From the human T2T-CHM13v2.0 reference genome, Homo sapiens, in assembly GCF_009914755.1 (NCBI RefSeq), contig NC_060948.1: DNA of 64,000 nucleotides. One strand, 5' to 3'. Under the pieces are notes generated by a model. The model made no database searches. It had not been told where the DNA came from and worked only from the letters and a program-made list of their open reading frames with translations. The translations under genes and the position numbers were made by a program. Positions 58,158 through 64,000 of the stretch are shown here, in pieces (the stretch's first letter is position 1; each line of letters starts with the position of its first letter).

Positions 58158-61100
58158 GGCCTGGAATAAAGTGGAATGCTACGGTCTCGAATGGAATAAA
58201 AATGTATGGAATGGAATGCAATGAAACGGAATCGAATGTCATAGAATGTAATGGAATGCAACAAAATGGAATCCAATATCATTGACTGGAAAGGCTGGGT
58301 GTCGAAAGGAATTGACTCCAATGGAATGGAATCGAATGGAATGGAAGTGAATAGAATCGAACTAAATCGAATGGAATGGAATTGATAGGAACGGAATGGA
58401 AAGGAATGCAATGATTTGGCATGGAATGGAATCGAATGGCATCGAATGGAATGGAATGGAATGCAATGGAATGGAATGTATTAGAATGGAATGAACTTTA
58501 ATGGAATGTACTCGAATGGATTCGACTGGAATGGAATGTTCTGGAAGTGAATGGACTCCAATGGAATGGATTCCAAAGGAATGGAATCGTACGGAATGGA
58601 ATCTAATGGAATGGAATTAAATGGAAATGAATCAAATTGAATAGCACGGAATTGAATTGAATGGAATGGAATGCAATGGAATCTAATGAAACGGAAAGGA
58701 AAGGAATGGAATGGAATGGAATGGGCTGGAATGGAAAGGAATCGAAACGAATGGAATGGAATCGAACTGAAGAGACTGGAATGGAATGCACTGGAATGGA
58801 AGGGAGTGTAATTGAAGGTTCTCGAAAAAAATGGAATCGAATGGAATGGAATTGAATGGAACGGAATAGAGTCGAATGGAATTGAATGGAATGGAATGGA
58901 CTAGAGTGAAATGGAATCGAACCACAAGGAATGGACAGGAATAGAATGGTCTCGAATTGAATGGAATCGTATGGAATGGCATCAAACGGAATGGAATGGA
59001 CAGCCACGGAATGGAATGCACTCGAATGCAATGGAGTCGAAACTAATGGACTGGAATAGAATGGACTCGACTGGTACGGACTCCAATGGAATGGATTCGA
59101 ATGGAAGGGAATCGAACGGAATGGACTCGAAGGGAAAAGACTGCAATGGAAAGGTCTCGAATGGAATGGAAATTAATGGAATGGAATGGAATCGAATGAA
59201 ATGGAGTCAAAAGGAATGGAATCGAATGGCAAGAAATCGAATGTAATGGAATCGCAAGGAATTGATGTGAACGGAACGGAATGGAATGGAATCCAAAGGA
59301 ATGGAATAGAATGGAATGGAATCGAATGGAAAGGACTCGAATGGAAATCACTCGAATAGAATGCAATTTAATAAAATAGGATCAAATGTAATGGAATGGA
59401 ATGGAAAGGAATCGAAACGAAAGGAATGGAGACAGATGGAATGGAATGGAACAGAGAGCAATGGTATAGAATGGAATGGAATCATCTGGAATGGAATTGA
59501 ATGGAATGGAATAATATGAAATGGAATGGAATGGAATGGAATGGAATGCCCTTGAATTAAATGGACTGGAATGGAATGGACTCGAACAGAGTGGAATGGA
59601 AAGTGTTGAGATAGAATGGAATGGACTCCTTTGGAATGGTGTAGTATGCAATGCAATCGACTGGCAGGGAATCAAAAGGAATGTAATCGAATGGAATGGA
59701 CTGGAATGCAATGGACTCGAATAGATTGGAAACGGAATGCAAAGGAATGGAATGGAATAGTATGGAATGGAATGGAAAGGAATGGAGTGGAATAGACTAG
59801 AGTGGAATGGAATGGACTGGAAAGCAATGGACTGGAATGGAACTTTCTTGAATGGACTGGAATCAAACGGAATGGAATGCAATGCAATCAAATGGCATGG
59901 AATAAATTAGAATGAAGAAAATGAAATGGAATTGAATCGAATGGAATCGAATGGATTGGAAAGGAATAGAATGGAATGGAATGGAATTGACTCAAATGGA
60001 ATGGACTAGAATGGAATGGATTCGAATGGAAGGCAAAGGAATGGAATCTATTGGAATGGACTGTAATGGAATGGAATGGAAGGGATTGGAATGGACTCGA
60101 ATGGAATGGACTGCAATAGAAAGGATTCGAATGGAATGAAAAAGAATTGAATGGAATAGAACAGAATGGAATCAAATCGAATGAAATGGAATGGAATAGA
60201 AAGGAATGGAATGAAATGGAATGGAAAGGATTCGAATGGAATGCAATCGAATGGAATGGAATCGAACGGAATGGAATAAAATGGAAGAAAACTGGCAAGA
60301 AATGGAATCGAAATGAATGGAGTGTTATGGAACGGACTCAAAAGGAATTGAATGTAATAGAATGGAGTGGAGTGGACTCGAATATAATGGACTGGAATGG
60401 AATGAAATCACATGGAATGGGAACGAATGGAATGGAAAGGAATGGAATCGAATGGAAAGGAATCGAATGGAAGGGAATGAAATTGAATCAACAGGAATGG
60501 AAGGGAATAGAATAGACGGTAATGGAATGGACTCGAATAGAATGGACACGAATGCTCAAATTGAATGGACTCGAATGGAATGGAAACGAAAGGAATGTCA
60601 TCGAATGGAATTGAATCGATTGGAATGAAATCGCATAGAATGGAGTGGAATCAAATGGAATTGAATCGAAAGGAAAGGAAGCGAATGGACTGAAACGAAA
60701 TGGAATGGAATTGAATGGAAAGTAATGCAATGGAATAGAATGGAACGAAATTTCACGGAATGGAATCAAACTGAATGGAATCAAATCAATGGAATCAAAT
60801 CAAATGGAACGGAAAGGAATTGAATGGAGTAGATTGGATTGGATGGGATTGGAATGAAATGTACTGGAAAGGACTCGAATTTCATGAAATGGAATGGAAT
60901 GAATTGGAACGGAATGGACTCGAATGGAATGGAATGTCATGGAATGGCATCAAATGGAATGGCATCAAATGGAATGGAATCGAATGCAATGGAATGCTAT
61001 GGAATGGAATGGAATGCATTGGAATGGAATGTCCTCTAATGGAATGGATTCGAGTGGAATGGAATCGAATATAATGGAGTCGAATGAAATGGAATTGAAA

Positions 61101-61715
61101 GGAATGGGATCGAATAGAATGGAATATACTGGAATGTAATGTAATGAACTCGAATGTAATTGACTGGAATGGAATGTACATGAATGGAATGTAATCGAAT
61201 GGAAAGTAATCCAATGGAATAGAATCTAATGCAATAAAACCGACTCAGATAGAGTAGAATGTAATGGAATGGAGTGCAGTGCAATGGAAGGGAATGGAAT
61301 TGAATGCAATAGAATGGAATGGAATGGAATGGAATGGAATGGAATGGAATGGGATGGAATGGTATGGAATGGATAGTAATGGACTGGAGTGAAATGGACT
61401 GGAAAGGAATGGACTCAAATTGAAAGGGCTCGAAAGGAATGGAGTCAAATGGAATGGTCTGGAATGGAATGAACACGAATGTAATGCAATCCAATAGAAT
61501 GGAATCGAATGGCATGGAATATAAAGAAATGGAATCGAAGAGAATGGAAACAAATGGAATGGAAGTGAGTGGAATGGAATTGAATGGAATGGGAACGAAT
61601 GGAGTGAAATTGTATGCAGTAGAAGAGAATAGAATGGAATGCAAGCGAAAGGAAAGGAATGGATTGGAATGGAATGGAATTCATTGGAATGGAAGGGAAT
61701 GTAGTGTAATGGACA
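58158..61715 (+). repeat. DYZ1 unit 18, 3558 bp, variant type A
   Basis: GGCC 58158 to 61716; type A variant at 59901. Confidence 0.9.
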
Positions 61716-64000
61716 GGCCTGGAATAAAGTGGAATGCTACGGTCTCGAATGGAATAAAAATGTATGGAATGGAATGCAATGAAACGGAATCGAATGTCAT
61801 AGAATGTAATGGAATGCAAAAAAATGGAATCCAAAATCATTGACTGGAAAGGCTGGGTGTCGAAAGGAATTGACTCCAATGGAATGGAATCGAATGGAAT
61901 GGAAGTGAATAGAATCGAACTAAATCGAATGGAATGGAATTGATAGGAACGGAATGGAAAGGAATGCAATGATTTGGCACGGAATGGAATCGAATGGCAT
62001 CGAATGGAATGGAATGGAATGCAATGGAATGGAACGTATTAGAATGTAATGAACTTTAATGGAATGTACTCGAATGGATTCGACTGGAATGGAATGTTGT
62101 GGAAGTGAATGGACTCCAATGGAATGGATTCAAAAGGAATGGAATCGTACGGAATGGAATCTAATGGAATGGAATTAAATGGAAATGAATCAAATTGAAT
62201 AGCATGGAATTGAATTGAATGGAATCGAATGCAATGGAATCTAATGAAACGGAAAGGAAAGGAATGGAATGGAATGGAATGGGCTGGAATGGAAAGGAAT
62301 CGAAACGAATGGAATGGAATCGAACTGAAGAGACTGGAATGGAATGCACTGGAATGGAAGGGAGTGTAATGGAAGGTTCTCGAAAAAAATGGAATCGAAT
62401 GGAATGGAATTGAATGCAACGGAATAGAGTCGAATGGAATTGAATGGAATGGAATGGACTAGAGTGAAATGGAATCGAACCACAAGGAATGGACAGGAAT
62501 AGAATGGTCTCGAATTGAATGGAATCGTATGGAATGGCATCAAACGGAATGGAATGGACAGCCACGGAATGGAATGCACTCGAATGCAATGGAGTCGAAA
62601 CTAATGGACTGGAATAGAATGGACTCGACTGGTACGGACTCCAATGGAATGGAATCGAATGGAAGGGAATCGAACGGAATGGACTCGAAGGGAAAAGACT
62701 GCAATGGAAAGGTCTCGAATGGAATGGAAATAAATGGAATGGAATGGAATCGAATGAAATGGAGTCAAAAGGAATGGAATCGAATGGCAAGAAATCGAAT
62801 GTAATGGAATCGCAAGGAATTGATGTGAACGGAACGGAATGGAATGGAATCCAAAGGAATGGAATAGAATGGAATGGAATCGAATGGAAAGGACTCGAAT
62901 GGAAATCACTCGAATAGAATGCAATTTAATAAAATAGGACCAAATGTAATGGAATGGAATGGAAAGGAATCGAAACGAAAGGAATGGAGACAGATGGAAT
63001 GGAATGGAACAGAGAGCAATGGTATAGAGTGGAATGGAATCATCTGGAATGGAATTGAATGGAATGGAATAATATGAAATGGAATGGAATGGAATGGAAT
63101 GGAATGCCCTTGAATTAAATGGACTGGAATGGAATGGACTCGAACAGAGTGGAATGGAAAGTGTTGAGATAGAATGGAATGGACTCGTTTGGAATGGTCT
63201 AGTAGGCAATGCAATCGACTGGCAGGGAATCAAAAGGAATGTAATCGAATGGATTGGACTGGAATGCAATGGACTCGAATAGATTGCAAACGGAATGCAA
63301 AGGAATGGAATGGAATAGTATGGAATGGAATGGAAAGGAATGGAGTGGAATAGACTAGAGTGGAATGGAATGGACTGGAAAGAAATGGACTGGAATGGAA
63401 CTTTCTTGAATGGACAGGAATCAAACGGAATGGAATGCAATGCAATCAAATGGCATGGAATAAAATAGAATGAAAGAGAATCAAATGGAATTGAATCGAA
63501 TGGAATCGAATGGATTGGAAAGGAATAGAATGGAATGGAATGGAATTGACTCAAATGGAATGGACTAGAATGGAATGGATTCGAATGGAAGGCAAACGAA
63601 TGGAATCTATTGGAATGGACTGTAATGGAATGGAATGGAAGGGATTGGAATGGACTCGAATGGAATGGACTGCAATAGAAAGGATTCGAATGGAATGAAA
63701 AAGAATTGAATGGAATAGAACAGAATGGAATCAAATCGAATGAAATGGAATGGAATAGAAAGGAATGGAATGAAATGGAATGGAAAGGATTCGAATGGAA
63801 TGCAATCGAATGGAATGGAATCGAACGGAATGGAATAAAATGGAAGAAAACTGGCAAGAAATGGAATCGAAATGAATGGAGTGTTATGGAACGGACTCAA
63901 AAGGAATTGAATGTAATAGAATGGAGTGGAGTGGACTCGAATATAATGGACTGGAATGGAATGAAATCACATGGAATGGGAACGAATGGAATGGAATGGA
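61716..64000 (+). repeat. DYZ1 unit 19 (partial, runs off window), variant type B
   Basis: GGCC at 61716; same diagnostic variants as unit 17, offset 7132 bp. Confidence 0.9.

Larger units (their letters stand above)
1..64000 (+). repeat. DYZ1: Human Satellite 3 (GGAAT)n array, DYZ1-type ~3.56-kb higher-order repeat (most likely Yq12)
   Basis: Seen: continuous GGAAT pentamers and variants (CGAAT, GGACT, TGAAT, GCAAT), purine-rich on the + strand, with no inversion or foreign insert. Landmarks such as GACAGGCCTG, GCTGGGTGTC and CCGACTCAGATAGAG recur about every 3.56 kb. Knowledge: a ~3.56-kb HSat3 unit with a single HaeIII site is DYZ1. Chromosome assignment was not verified by alignment. Confidence 0.95.

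Noticed and set aside
1-64000. Hundreds of ORFs (MEWNGMEWN... on +, FHSIPFHSIP... on -)
   Set aside because: They are direct translations of the 5-bp repeat, which has no stop codon in any frame. They overlap in all frames, recur once per unit, are freely frameshifted by pentamer indels and show no domain-like sequence.
1-64000. CRISPR-like repeat/spacer organisation
   Set aside because: There are no unique spacers or cas genes; the apparent spacers are degenerate pentamers repeated in every unit.
1-64000. DYZ2/HSat1B blocks, Alu or L1 insertions, inversions, telomeric or alpha-satellite sequence
   Set aside because: None seen on reading; the + strand stays GGAAT-oriented throughout with no AT-rich or foreign segment.
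1-64000. HSat2 assignment based on frequent TCGAAT
   Set aside because: The recurring HSat2 pattern (GAATCATCGAATGG / CATTCGATGAT) is not dominant; long pure GGAAT runs and the 3.56-kb unit fit HSat3/DYZ1.

Overview
The whole window is one uninterrupted, single-orientation array of diverged (GGAAT)n/(ATTCC)n pentamers, i.e. Human Satellite 3. It is organised into ~3.56-kb higher-order units, each carrying one HaeIII/StuI site (AGGCCT) and one conserved EcoRI site. This unit size and site pattern match DYZ1 on Yq12 heterochromatin (recognised from prior knowledge, not aligned). HaeIII GGCC sites start at 515, 4074, 7651, 11240, 14839, 18368, 21932, 25521, 29060, 32619, 34685, 38269, 40330, 43914, 47468, 51026, 54584, 58158 and 61716. 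That gives 16 full units (3529-3599 bp), two internally deleted units (2066 and 2061 bp) and partial units at both ends. I find no credible protein-coding gene, RNA gene, transposon, CRISPR array or new biological system; all ORFs are translations of the pentamer. The real structure is array evolution: a ~1.5-kb in-register deletion copied within a 5645-bp duplication, a 7132-bp A/B dimer repeat, single-unit duplications, mosaic sharing of variants between units, and a clustered multi-base variant.
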